The notes below the pieces were generated by a model. The model did not search any database. It was not told where the DNA came from and saw only the letters and a program-made list of their open reading frames with translations. From Pirellula staleyi DSM 6068 (GTDB lineage: Bacteria > Planctomycetota > Planctomycetia > Pirellulales > Pirellulaceae), in NCBI GenBank assembly GCA_000025185.1, contig CP001848.1, forward strand, positions 4,170,001-4,202,000: a stretch of 32,000 nt of DNA, read 5' to 3'. How positions within the stretch are numbered: position 1 is the stretch's first letter; the number at the start of each line of letters is the position of its first letter. Shown here in pieces: positions 21,876 through 30,954 of this stretch. The translations under genes and the position numbers were made by a program.

Positions 21876-23552
21876 GTGGACGCAAGAAAAATCCAGCGAG
21901 CCAACGCACAGGCAACGAACCTGTTTGCGTTTCTGAAGAGCGACGCTGTTTCGGGTTTTCTCGTTTTTCTGATCGCGCTTCCGCTCTGCCTCGCAATTTC
22001 CAAGGCGAGTGGCTTCCCACCTATCGCCGGCATCTTCACGGCTGTGATCGGTGGCTTTGTAACGCCGTGGCTCAGCAACTCCGAACTCACGATCAAAGGT
22101 CCAGCGGCGGGCATGATCGTGATTGTGCTCGGCTGTGTGAATGACTTTGGTGGCACCGGTGGCCAAGACTTCGCCGCCGATATGAACGCCTACAAGTGCA
22201 CCCTTGCCGTGGGGGTCGTTGCAGCTGGCATTCAAATCGTACTAGGACTTTGCCGGGCAGGTGTTCTCGGTGAACTCTTTCCCTCCGCTGCCGTGCACGG
22301 TCTCTTGGCCGCGATCGGCATCATCATCATCGCGAAGCAGGTTCCGGTTGCACTCGGAGAAACAGCGAAAGGGGAACCGCTCGAATTGCTGATGAGCATT
22401 CCCGAAAAAATCCTCCATCTCAATCCCGAGATCGCGACGATTGGAGCCATGAGCTTGCTCCTTTTGTTCCTGCTGCCGCTGGTCCGCATGAAACCTCTGA
22501 AGATGATCCCAGCCCCGCTGCTGGTGCTGATTCTGGCCATTCCACTGGCCAACTATTTCGATCTCTCGCACAAGCATGTCTACAACGTCTTCGGACATCA
22601 GTACACGGTCGACAACACGTTCCTGGTCGACCTGCCGAATCAACTCGGCGCTGCGATTACGCTGCCCAACTTTGACGCCCTCTCGCAGCAAAAAGCGTGG
22701 TACTGGATTGCGATGTTTTCGATGATCGGTAGCCTTGAATCAATGCTCTCAGCCAAAGCTGTCGACCTGATTGACCCACTCAAACGCAAGACCGATCTCA
22801 ACCGCGATCTCTTGGCGGTTGGTGTCGCCAATCTCGCTGCTTCCATGGTCGGCGGCTTGCCGATGATTTCAGAAATCGTGCGTAGTCGAGCCAACGTCGA
22901 TAACGGTGGCCGAACACGCCTAGCCAATGCATTTCACGGTCTGTTTTTGATCGCGTTTGTGGCACTTGTCCCGACTTTGATCGAGATGATTCCGCTCGCC
23001 GCGCTCGCTGCGATGCTGGTCTACACCGGTTTCCGATTGGCCCATCCTCGCGAGTTCGTTCACATCTACAAACTTGGCCGCGAACAGCTTGTGGTGTTTG
23101 TGGGAACGATCATCGCCGTGCTGGCGACCGACCTGCTGATCGGCATCTTCATCGGTGTCGGTATCAAACTCATCATCCACTTCATCAATGGCGTGCCGCT
23201 CACGTCGCTGATCATTCCACAAAACGAAATCACGGAAGTGAGCGCTACGGAAGTGGTCATCACCCCCAAGCACTCCGCTGTCTTTTCGAACTGGATTCTG
23301 CTCCGTCGCCAAATTGAGATTTATGGCATGCAGCAAGAACGACAGGTGACCGTGGACTTCTCGAGCGCGAAGCTCGTCGACTCCACGGTGATGCAAAAAC
23401 TGATGGACATGCAGCGCGAGTATCGCGATCAAGGTCTCGTGCTCGAGATCAAGGGACTCGACGATCACTTCGTGCTCTCGGATCATCCCACCGCAACGCG
23501 CGTTCGTGGTCGTGCGGGCTCGATGGAACCGCTCGAAGCAGCGCATCACTAG
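21876..23552 (+). CDS. SulP-family inorganic anion transporter with C-terminal STAS domain
   Basis: GTG start with GGAGAAGAG upstream. SulP N-terminal signature LKSDAVSGFLVFLIALPLCLAISKASGFPPIAGIFTAVIGGFV. Multiple TM segments. C-terminal STAS-like segment VTVDFSSAKLVDSTVMQKLMDMQREYRDQGLVLEIKGL. Confidence 0.88.
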   Translation: MDARKIQRANAQATNLFAFLKSDAVSGFLVFLIALPLCLAISKASGFPPIAGIFTAVIGGFVTPWLSNSELTIKGPAAGMIVIVLGCVNDFGGTGGQDFAADMNAYKCTLAVGVVAAGIQIVLGLCRAGVLGELFPSAAVHGLLAAIGIIIIAKQVPVALGETAKGEPLELLMSIPEKILHLNPEIATIGAMSLLLLFLLPLVRMKPLKMIPAPLLVLILAIPLANYFDLSHKHVYNVFGHQYTVDNTFLVDLPNQLGAAITLPNFDALSQQKAWYWIAMFSMIGSLESMLSAKAVDLIDPLKRKTDLNRDLLAVGVANLAASMVGGLPMISEIVRSRANVDNGGRTRLANAFHGLFLIAFVALVPTLIEMIPLAALAAMLVYTGFRLAHPREFVHIYKLGREQLVVFVGTIIAVLATDLLIGIFIGVGIKLIIHFINGVPLTSLIIPQNEITEVSATEVVITPKHSAVFSNWILLRRQIEIYGMQQERQVTVDFSSAKLVDSTVMQKLMDMQREYRDQGLVLEIKGLDDHFVLSDHPTATRVRGRAGSMEPLEAAHH

Positions 23553-23634
23553 GGGATGTCGCTACAAGATTAGCGTTCGTGTTTTTGCCGCGTTTGCGAC
23601 TGGAATCCTTCGCGCAAGAGAGTTGCGACGACGA

Positions 23635-24474
23635 TTAATCCGCTGCGGCGATGCGTTCAATAACGCCCCGCACAATCGAGCGCACTTTGTGCTGCACTCG
23701 CTCGGCCACGTCGATCACTTCGTCCGACGAAACCGTCTGCATGGCGTCGGGCTTGGCGACATTTGTCACCGTCGAAATTCCCATCACACGCATGCCGACA
23801 CTCGTTGCTGCGAGCACTTCGGGAACGGTCGACATACCCACTACATCGCCCCCAATGCGTCGAAACAAGCGATATTCGGCCCGTGTTTCGTAGGTGGGAC
23901 CCGAGACGGCAACATACACGCCACGCTTGGGAATAAACCCTTCTTGAATCGCAGCTGATTCGGCCATCGACAGCAGCGCGCGATCGTACAAGTGCTCTTG
24001 AAATCGCTCGACTCGCTCGGGGGACGCAGCTGGCACGGCAACACTTCCTTTGAAGTACATCAGGTTGATGTGATCGTCCATCAGCATCACATCACCGGTT
24101 TCGTAGAGCGGATTCACACCTCCTGCAGCATTGGAGACAATCAAGTACTGACAGCCCAGTTCGCGCATCACGAGGGTTGGAAACATCAGCTGCTCGAGCT
24201 GATATCCCTCGTAGAAATGGCAGCGGCCAGCGAGCATCGCGCACGGCAGACCGAGCAAGTTGCCCAGCAGCAAGCGACCCTTGTGGGCTGGTGCTGTCGA
24301 GTGGGGAAAGCCCGGGATTTGTTTGTAGGGAATCTCGGCGGCGGCTTCGATTTCACTAGCGAGTCCGCCGAGGCCGGTCCCAAGAATCACAGCGACACGC
24401 GGCGTCTCGGTGTAGTGCTTACGAATCTCGGCAGCGGCGAGGGCGATCGATGCTCGGCTCAGAAGGGGATTCAT
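23635..24474 (-). CDS. Purine nucleoside phosphorylase, trimeric (PNP-I/PunA) type, Asn at base-specificity position
   Basis: Motifs VAVILGTGLGGL, GRCHFYEGY, VSGPTYETRAEYR and VGMSTVPEV. ISTVTNVA has its Asn codon at 23761-23763, the equivalent of human PNP Asn243. Confidence 0.88.
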   Translation of the reverse strand: MNPLLSRASIALAAAEIRKHYTETPRVAVILGTGLGGLASEIEAAAEIPYKQIPGFPHSTAPAHKGRLLLGNLLGLPCAMLAGRCHFYEGYQLEQLMFPTLVMRELGCQYLIVSNAAGGVNPLYETGDVMLMDDHINLMYFKGSVAVPAASPERVERFQEHLYDRALLSMAESAAIQEGFIPKRGVYVAVSGPTYETRAEYRLFRRIGGDVVGMSTVPEVLAATSVGMRVMGISTVTNVAKPDAMQTVSSDEVIDVAERVQHKVRSIVRGVIERIAAAD

Positions 24475-24516
24475 GCGCGGCCCAACGAAGTGCTACGGAA
24501 GACCGACTCGAATCAA

Positions 24517-25347
24517 CTACGACACTTGTTCGCCAGCAAGAACGCCTTGCACAAGCTTGCAAAGTTTGGGCTGAGCCGTGTTGGCAACGGCAATGATCTT
24601 CTGCACGTCGGCTGGCTCGAGCGCATCGGGCAAACACATGTCGGTGATGATCGAAAATCCAACCACGCGCATGTTGGAGTGCACTGCCACAATCACTTCA
24701 GGAACAGTCGACATGCCCACCACGTCGGCACCAATCAGTCGCAAGAAGCGATACTCGGCTCGCGTCTCGAGGTTCGGGCCAGAAACGGCAACAAACACGC
24801 CGCGATGCGCCACGATATTCTCTTTGCGAGCAATCTCGAGAGCCCGGTCGATGAGCGCGGGCTCATAGGGGTGGCACATGTCGGGAAAACGTGGGCCCAG
24901 GCGATCGTCGTTAATGCCGATCAGCGGATTGGCCCCCATCAGGTTAATGTGGTCCTCGATCAGCATGATGTCGCCGGTGCGATACTGAGGATTCATGCCG
25001 CCGCAGGCATTGGAGACGACAAGCAAGTTAGCTCCCATCGCTTTCATCACCCGCACAGGCAGGGTGACTTGATCGAGGGGATAGCCTTCGTACATGTGAA
25101 AGCGACCTTCCATCGCCATCACGGGAAGCTTGCCAAGTTTGCCGCAAACGAGGCGTCCACGATGGCTGATGGCCGTCGATTTGGGAAAGTGTGGGATGTT
25201 CTCGTAATCGATCGCTGCTTCGACCTCAATCTGATCGACGAGACTCCCAAGGCCGGTGCCGAGGATGATGCCAGCGTGAGGCGTGGAGCTCCACTGGCTC
25301 TTGATGAAGGCGGCTGCCTCTTGCACTTTTTCGAAGATGCCTTGCAT
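24517..25347 (-). CDS. Purine nucleoside phosphorylase paralogue, Asp at base-specificity position (adenosine/MTA-type predicted)
   Basis: The track ORF extends to 25428. The internal ATG at 25347 (MQGIFEKVQEAAAFIK...) matches the paralogue's N-terminus. Motifs GIILGTGLGSL, GRFHMYEGY, GANPLIGINDDRLGPRFPDM and VGMSTVPEV. FSIITDMC has its Asp codon at 24640-24642. Confidence 0.88.
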   Translation of the reverse strand: MQGIFEKVQEAAAFIKSQWSSTPHAGIILGTGLGSLVDQIEVEAAIDYENIPHFPKSTAISHRGRLVCGKLGKLPVMAMEGRFHMYEGYPLDQVTLPVRVMKAMGANLLVVSNACGGMNPQYRTGDIMLIEDHINLMGANPLIGINDDRLGPRFPDMCHPYEPALIDRALEIARKENIVAHRGVFVAVSGPNLETRAEYRFLRLIGADVVGMSTVPEVIVAVHSNMRVVGFSIITDMCLPDALEPADVQKIIAVANTAQPKLCKLVQGVLAGEQVS

Positions 25348-25609
25348 GGTGATGTTCTCGGCAAGCGTGGGAGTGATAGCAAGCGAATGATTAAAGCACG
25401 CCAGGAGCCCACGGCAAGGGGGAAGCATCGGCTGAAAAAGTGATAGCGGAGTAATGATGGCAAAAAAGTGTCAGAAATTGGTAGCAAACTGCCAAACTGA
25501 CTTTGCACAAAGTGCGGGGGATCAGTAACTTTGCCGCAGCCGGAGAGTGGCGAATAACGTTCACTACCTCAGGTTTTGAAGCCGAGACTTCTTTGTGCGA
25601 GAACTTCCG

Positions 25610-26533
25610 ATGCGACGAACTTTCCTCCCCGTTTTTGTAGTGATCACGACGATCTGCGCCGGATTTGTCTCGGCTCAAGTTCCTTCGCGATCGATGCAGC
25701 CGGCGGCCAGTTCGCCACCTGCGGCTAGTCCACCAGCGATGGGGGGCGTGCGCTCGAGTTTCGGCGAACCAGCACCGACAGGCGGATACCCAGCGGAATC
25801 ACCTCCGGCAGGCGATCCCGCTGTGATTGGACGTATGCAGCACGAAGGCTACGGACTGGCGGGAGGCCGAATTCGCCTTTACGTGTTCGGTGGCTTGGCG
25901 ACAGCCGATTACCGAACCGACGATGCGCGACAAATTGTGATGATGGAAGAAGAGACCAATCTTCCGCTGCCCGACAAAAACTTTTTGTACTACCGCGAGC
26001 TCAAGAGCGGAACACGCTGGGCCGTGGGGCGTTTTCCACGAGAAGACCGCACCTACACCATTTTTCAGCAGACGTCTGATTCCCCAACGCGAAAATGGGA
26101 ACGATTCGACGTCGTGACGCTGCTTGCCATTCCGCCGCAACTAGCGACGAAAACGGCAGCCATGTCACGCGTGGAAGGGGCTCCGATGGAGCGTCCTGCG
26201 CTTCAAAACCGCGCGATGGGTCGCAGTTTTCAGCAGCTGAATTTCCAGCAGCCTGTCGATGAGATGGTGATTGAAAACAGCGACAACCGTGTGGGTGATG
26301 CGGACGTGGAAATGGCACCAGCCGCCGCTGAGTATCAAGATCCTCGCTACACCCCTTCGCCAGCACCCGCTGTCGCGCCAGCCGAGCAACCTCTTTATGG
26401 CAGCGAACCAGCCCCGCAGATGACACCACCGGCGAGCGAAGTTCCTTACGAGCAGCCTGCTGCAAGTGGAGATGCCGCACCGATGCAGCCTCCCCCTTCG
26501 CCCTACGCACCGGTCTATGGCGACGGAGCGTAG
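25610..26533 (+). CDS. Secreted hypothetical protein with Pro/Ala-rich termini
   Basis: ATG 25610 gives the signal peptide MRRTFLPVFVVITTICAGFVSAQ (GTG 25595 is possible). Low-complexity PA-rich N- and C-terminal regions flank a roughly 120-aa globular-looking core. I recognise no motif. The 3' end overlaps the convergent gene by 19 nt. Confidence 0.65.
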   Translation: MRRTFLPVFVVITTICAGFVSAQVPSRSMQPAASSPPAASPPAMGGVRSSFGEPAPTGGYPAESPPAGDPAVIGRMQHEGYGLAGGRIRLYVFGGLATADYRTDDARQIVMMEEETNLPLPDKNFLYYRELKSGTRWAVGRFPREDRTYTIFQQTSDSPTRKWERFDVVTLLAIPPQLATKTAAMSRVEGAPMERPALQNRAMGRSFQQLNFQQPVDEMVIENSDNRVGDADVEMAPAAAEYQDPRYTPSPAPAVAPAEQPLYGSEPAPQMTPPASEVPYEQPAASGDAAPMQPPPSPYAPVYGDGA

Positions 26534-27876
26534 CCAGGAGCTGCGTCAAACTGGGTGACAATCTGACCATCGTCGGCATTCCAAACAAAGACCCGGCCAT
26601 CGAAGCATCCACCCACCACGCGCTTCGAAGGTTCGTGCCAAGCAGCCGCTAATACGGCGTCGCTGGCCCCTTGGTACTCGCGAACATCTTTCAGCTCGGC
26701 GGTGATATAACGCCGCACTTTCTTGTCGGCCGATGGGGCGACAAACGAATCGCCACTGGCGACCAGTTTATAAACTTCTCCGCCAGCACCTCGCTCGCCA
26801 GTGCGATTGGCGTCGGCGATTTTCCAGCGCTGCACCTTGTTGTCGGCGGCTGAGGAAAAGACTTCGCTTCCATCGGGATGAAACAGTACGCCCCGCACAG
26901 GATTCTGGTGATTCGAATAGGTAATCAGCAAATTGCCCGTCGCTGCATCGTAGGCTTTGGCCGTTTTGTCGCGGCTAGCGGAAGCGAGCTTCGAACCATC
27001 GCTACTAAACGCCACCGCAAACACCCAGTCGCTGTGGCTCGAGATCGTCAGCTGCTCGTTTCCGCTGCTTGTTTCGAAAACGCGAATCATGCCATCGGCC
27101 GATGCTGTTGCAATCCGATCACCACTGGGAGAATAGACCACGTCGAACACCACATCGCTCGACAGGGCCAAGGCTCGCACCAAGTTGCCACTAGCGATTT
27201 CGAGCACACGCACTTCGCCTTGTTGTCCTGGTGCGCCGGAAGCAACTGCCATCGTTTTTCCATCGGGACTCATCGTGATGGCAAACACCCGCTGGCCAAC
27301 GCCGCCGATGCGCCGGAGCAGTTTTCCATCGACAGGGCTCCAGACTGTCACCTCGTGATAGCCCCCCACCAGCAGTTCGCTTCCATCGGGAGATAGCGCG
27401 ACCGCTGTCACGGGAATTGGCCGAGCGTACTTTTCCGGAGCTGCGGGGTGCGTGGGAGCCGGGATGTAGCTGGCCAGCGGAGTTTTGGGATCGGGACCAT
27501 CGAAGTTGGCTCCCTCTTTGATCCAGTTTTCAAACACCGCGATCACCTCCTTCGGAAGTGGCTCGCCATCCTTGGGCATCCGTTCGTCTTTGTCTTGTGA
27601 AACCATCCGGCGAAACGATTCACTCGTTTCGAGGTCCTTCGCCGTAAAGCCAGGAGAGGTTGAATCGCCAGCCGACGTCACTTGTGCGAAGGTGTCGACG
27701 CGATAGCCCCCCTCGGCTTTCTTGGGTCCATGGCAGGCGACACAGTGCGTGAGGAGCAGCGGGGCGACATCGCGCCGAAAACTCACTGGTTCAGCCGATA
27801 CCACGGTGGACGAAAACATCGCAATGCAAGTGGCGATTAAGAATCGAATACGCGGCAGCGAGAGATGGGCGTACAT
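26515..27876 (-). CDS. PSCyt1 (planctomycete cytochrome c) domain protein fused to WD40 beta-propeller
   Basis: ATG 27876 gives the signal peptide MYAHLSLPRIRFLIATCIAMFSSTVVSAEP (the track start is 27936). Haem motif in VAPLLLTHCVACHGPKKAEGGYRVDTF. At least five WD-like repeats follow (SPDGKTMAVAS...VRVLE, SPSGDRIATASADGMIRVFE, SSDGSKLASASRDKTAKAYD, HPDGSEVFSSAADNKVQRWK). Confidence 0.85.
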   Translation of the reverse strand: MYAHLSLPRIRFLIATCIAMFSSTVVSAEPVSFRRDVAPLLLTHCVACHGPKKAEGGYRVDTFAQVTSAGDSTSPGFTAKDLETSESFRRMVSQDKDERMPKDGEPLPKEVIAVFENWIKEGANFDGPDPKTPLASYIPAPTHPAAPEKYARPIPVTAVALSPDGSELLVGGYHEVTVWSPVDGKLLRRIGGVGQRVFAITMSPDGKTMAVASGAPGQQGEVRVLEIASGNLVRALALSSDVVFDVVYSPSGDRIATASADGMIRVFETSSGNEQLTISSHSDWVFAVAFSSDGSKLASASRDKTAKAYDAATGNLLITYSNHQNPVRGVLFHPDGSEVFSSAADNKVQRWKIADANRTGERGAGGEVYKLVASGDSFVAPSADKKVRRYITAELKDVREYQGASDAVLAAAWHEPSKRVVGGCFDGRVFVWNADDGQIVTQFDAAPGYAPSP

Positions 27877-27984
27877 CGGCAAAGCTCGAAGGCTGATAGG
27901 GGCGGGGGATAGGGGGCGGGAGTTGGCTGACCCCAAAGGGGCATCAACTAAACCCTATGTTACACGAGCGCCACGATGTGTTAC

Positions 27985-28031
27985 ATAAAAAACGGCAGTG
28001 GTGCCGGAGGTTTCTTCCAGCGCCACTGCCG
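27985..28031 (-). terminator. Rho-independent terminator downstream of the small cytochrome c gene
   Basis: On the minus strand, the 12-bp stem CGGCAGTGGCGC / GCACCACTGCCG (plus-strand coordinates 27993-28004 and 28020-28031, one G-U pair) is followed by TTTTTT (plus-strand AAAAAA at 27987-27992). Confidence 0.8.
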
Positions 28032-28062
28032 CGTTGATGTTTGGCAAAAAATGCAGCGAGAA

Positions 28063-28491
28063 TTACTTCTCGTTCTTGCTCGGAAGAACACCTTCCTTGA
28101 TCAAATCGCCGTAGGCTTTGCCGTCAGCGTTCTTGGCCTCTTCCGAAGCCTTCAGCGCTGAAGCAACGAGTTCCTTGGCCTTGGCAGCTGCTGCTGGATC
28201 GGTAGCAGCGGTCTTGGCGGCGGCTTTGAATTCGTCGTCGTTAAACTTCTCGTGCATCACTTTGCCGAAGTCGTTCAGACCGTGCCCCTTGGCCTTCTTG
28301 TCGGCCCCAGGCGTATGGCACATCGAGCACTTGCCTTCGAGCTCGGCGTACATCTTGGTGAACTTGGCGTACTCTTCCTTTTCGCCGTAGATTTCGGCGA
28401 CAAACTTGGGAAGTGGTGGCAAGGCAAATGCCGATGCTGCTGGTGCAGCGATTCCAAAAATTGCTGCCAGGATCAAAACTCGTTTCATCAT
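28063..28491 (-). CDS. Small secreted mono-haem c-type cytochrome
   Basis: Signal peptide MMKRVLILAAIFGIAAPAASAFA. It has a single CxxCH motif (GKCSMCHTPG) and an Ala/Lys-rich helical C-terminal half. 142 aa. Confidence 0.75.
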   Translation of the reverse strand: MMKRVLILAAIFGIAAPAASAFALPPLPKFVAEIYGEKEEYAKFTKMYAELEGKCSMCHTPGADKKAKGHGLNDFGKVMHEKFNDDEFKAAAKTAATDPAAAAKAKELVASALKASEEAKNADGKAYGDLIKEGVLPSKNEK

Positions 28492-28565
28492 ACTCGTCTC
28501 TCAATTGCTGCTTGTGAAAAGTGGCTGTCTGAAACTACGAACACTCGAAGTACTATCAGCAGAGT

Positions 28566-29999
28566 CTACTTACGCCCCGCTGTGATGAGTGGCCAGGTGT
28601 CGGTGCGGAAAGGGGAGGCTGGGAGGCCGGCTTTGTTGAAGAAGTTAGGCTCGGCGGTGTCTTCCCATGCAAAACGAACCGCGACAGGCTTGGCCACTTC
28701 AGCGGCCGAAACCACCACGGTATCGCCATCGATTTCGGCGGTGGCTGGAACAAATTTCTGATCGTCGCCAGCAATCTGGAAGTGCGACAGCGGCTTGCCA
28801 CCTTCGGCCAGAAGCCCACCATTCACCTCTTTAAACTTCAGGCGAATCTTGCTGCCATTGGCTTCCATCGAATCGTAAACCGGACCACTAAAGACCACCT
28901 CTTTTTTGCCGTAAGTGCTGTTGAGCGCCCACAGAGCGAGGCGGCGTCCCACTTCTTGCTTGTTGCGTGGGTGAATGTCTTTCACGTTCCCAATGTCGGT
29001 GGTTACAGCCATGCCGGTGTTGGGGAGCGAGAGTGTTAGGGCTTGCGATTCCCACTGTTCAGCCAGTTCGCGTGGATCGCTGCCACCGTAATCGAACGGA
29101 GCAAGCTGCACGAAACCGAATGGAAAATCACCCTGACCAAACTGCTTGCGCCAGTCGCTGATCATCACGGGGAACAGCGTGCGATATTGTTCAGCGCGAC
29201 CCTTGTTCGATTCACCTTGGTACCAAATGGCGCCACGAATTCCGTAAGGAACCAGTGGGGCGAGCATGGCGTTGTACAGCACTGTGGGCTGATTGGGGTT
29301 CATCTTGGCGGGATCGATATTCAGCTGACGTTCGGTCATGAACTTCAGCGGTTCCGAAGCGGCGAGCGCTTCTTTGCTCGTCCAAGCTTCGCAGATCGTT
29401 CCACCCCACGAGGTGTTGATCATTCCCACAGGGACATCGAGATCTTGGTGGAGCTTACGACCGAAGAAGTAGCCCACAGCCGAGAAGCCCGGAACCGTGC
29501 TGGGCGAACAAACTTGCCAGGCACCTTTGATATCGGTTTGTGGTTCGCCAGCGACAGCCTTCTCCACCTTGATCATCCGAATGAGCGGGAAGTTGGCAGC
29601 TTCGGCCTCTTTTTGAGGATTGTCGGAAGCAGCGACAGACCACTCCATGTTCGACTGACCCGAGCAGATCCAAACTTCTCCGACGAGAACATCCTTGAAG
29701 CGAACCTCATTGGTTCCCTTCACGACGAGTTCGCGCGCTTCTTTCGATCCGGCTGGCGTTTTCAGCTTGGCCATCCACTTGCCGTTTTCACCGGTGGCGG
29801 CTTTCGCAGTGGCATCGCCGAGCGTGATCGTCACCTCTTCACCCACGGCACCAGTGCCCCAGATGGCAACTTCGCTCGACTGCTGCAAAACCATGTGATC
29901 GCCGAAGACTTTGGGAAGTGCTACTTCGGCTTGCAGATTACTGGCCGCTGCGAGAGCAGCAGCGATCGCCAGCAAGAATGAACGGAAACGTAACTTCAT
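28566..29999 (-). CDS. Sialate O-acetylesterase (SASA/DUF303) family carbohydrate esterase
   Basis: ATG 29999, with GGAG about 11 nt upstream, gives the signal peptide MKLRFRSFLLAIAAALAAASNLQA (the track start is 30098). Family hallmarks LPKVFGDHMVLQQ and VLVGEVWICSGQSNMEW, plus IRGAIWYQGESN. Confidence 0.88.
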   Translation of the reverse strand: MKLRFRSFLLAIAAALAAASNLQAEVALPKVFGDHMVLQQSSEVAIWGTGAVGEEVTITLGDATAKAATGENGKWMAKLKTPAGSKEARELVVKGTNEVRFKDVLVGEVWICSGQSNMEWSVAASDNPQKEAEAANFPLIRMIKVEKAVAGEPQTDIKGAWQVCSPSTVPGFSAVGYFFGRKLHQDLDVPVGMINTSWGGTICEAWTSKEALAASEPLKFMTERQLNIDPAKMNPNQPTVLYNAMLAPLVPYGIRGAIWYQGESNKGRAEQYRTLFPVMISDWRKQFGQGDFPFGFVQLAPFDYGGSDPRELAEQWESQALTLSLPNTGMAVTTDIGNVKDIHPRNKQEVGRRLALWALNSTYGKKEVVFSGPVYDSMEANGSKIRLKFKEVNGGLLAEGGKPLSHFQIAGDDQKFVPATAEIDGDTVVVSAAEVAKPVAVRFAWEDTAEPNFFNKAGLPASPFRTDTWPLITAGRK

Positions 30000-30205
30000 G
30001 GCGGGATTTCTCCAGAGAGGAAAAGAAGCAAGGTGTGGAAATCGAACGTCAGCGGCACGATCAACATGGATCGCGCCGGAGAGTTCGTTTGGCATCAATG
30101 CCGGTAGGCGGGGCAGATTCTAACGGGGTTTGGGCACCACTTCCAGCAAATCATGGCGGTGCTGAATATTTCGTAATCTCAGGGTGTGCGGCGCTCAGGA
30201 GCCCC

Positions 30206-30754
30206 TTAAACCTTTTTTTGGCTTGCCAAAACATCGAGGCAGCCACGGCAGAAATCGGGCAGGTCATCGGGCTTGCGGCTCGACACAAAATGCCGGTCGA
30301 CCACCACCGCAGCATCTTCCCAAATCGCGCCGGCGTTCACCAAATCGTCTTTGATGCCGAGCGATCCGGTGACTCGTACGCCCCGATAAACCCCCGCCGA
30401 GATCGGTATCCAGCCACCGTGACAAATGGCGGCGACCAGTTTTCCTGTCTCCGCAAAGTGACGCACGATCGCCAGCACTTGTGGATCGCGTCGCAGTTTG
30501 TCGGGCATAAAGCCCCCTGGCACAACGAGTCCATCGAACTGCGTAGGATCGACGCTTGCAATCGCAACATCCGACTTGCACGGATAGCTGTGCTTTCCTG
30601 CGTAGAGCTGCTTGGCTTCGTCCGCAGCAATCACCACCTCGGCCCCCGCTTCGATCAGTCGCAGCTTGGGATACCAGAGTTCGAGATCTTCGTAGATATC
30701 GCCGGTGAAGAAGAGAATTTTCTGACCAGCGGCTGAGCGGGGCGAAGTTGTCAT
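30206..30754 (-). CDS. DJ-1/PfpI family protein (class I glutamine amidotransferase-like fold)
   Basis: ATG 30754 (MTTSPRSAAGQKILFFTGD...) gives a typical 182-aa protein (the track start is 30937). Nucleophile elbow KLVAAICHGGW. FDGLVVPGG is also present. Confidence 0.85.
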   Translation of the reverse strand: MTTSPRSAAGQKILFFTGDIYEDLELWYPKLRLIEAGAEVVIAADEAKQLYAGKHSYPCKSDVAIASVDPTQFDGLVVPGGFMPDKLRRDPQVLAIVRHFAETGKLVAAICHGGWIPISAGVYRGVRVTGSLGIKDDLVNAGAIWEDAAVVVDRHFVSSRKPDDLPDFCRGCLDVLASQKKV

Positions 30755-30954
30755 GGAAGCTCGAATCGTGCTTGAGAGTCGTGTTGCAGGAACATGTCTG
30801 GCGGTTTGTAGCACGAAATGGGGCTCGATGAAATGCACGGCGATGCAGGGGGTGTGCAGTAGCCGCGCGTCGCTGATTCGTTCAGAATACGGTTCTCGCG
30901 TGCGAGAGCCTCTCCCACCTTGCAACGACGTAAGCACGACGAAGGAGTTTTGTG

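Noticed and set aside
23992-25443. A 483-aa plus-strand ORF overlaps both PNP genes.
   Set aside because: It is antisense to two genes with unmistakable PNP motifs, and its product is His/Arg/Gly-rich with no recognisable domain.
29043-30736. Plus-strand ORFs of 312 aa and 272 aa lie opposite the esterase and DJ-1/PfpI genes.
   Set aside because: They are shadow ORFs. The minus-strand genes carry family hallmarks (GQSNMEW, AAICHGGW) and the plus-strand translations carry none.
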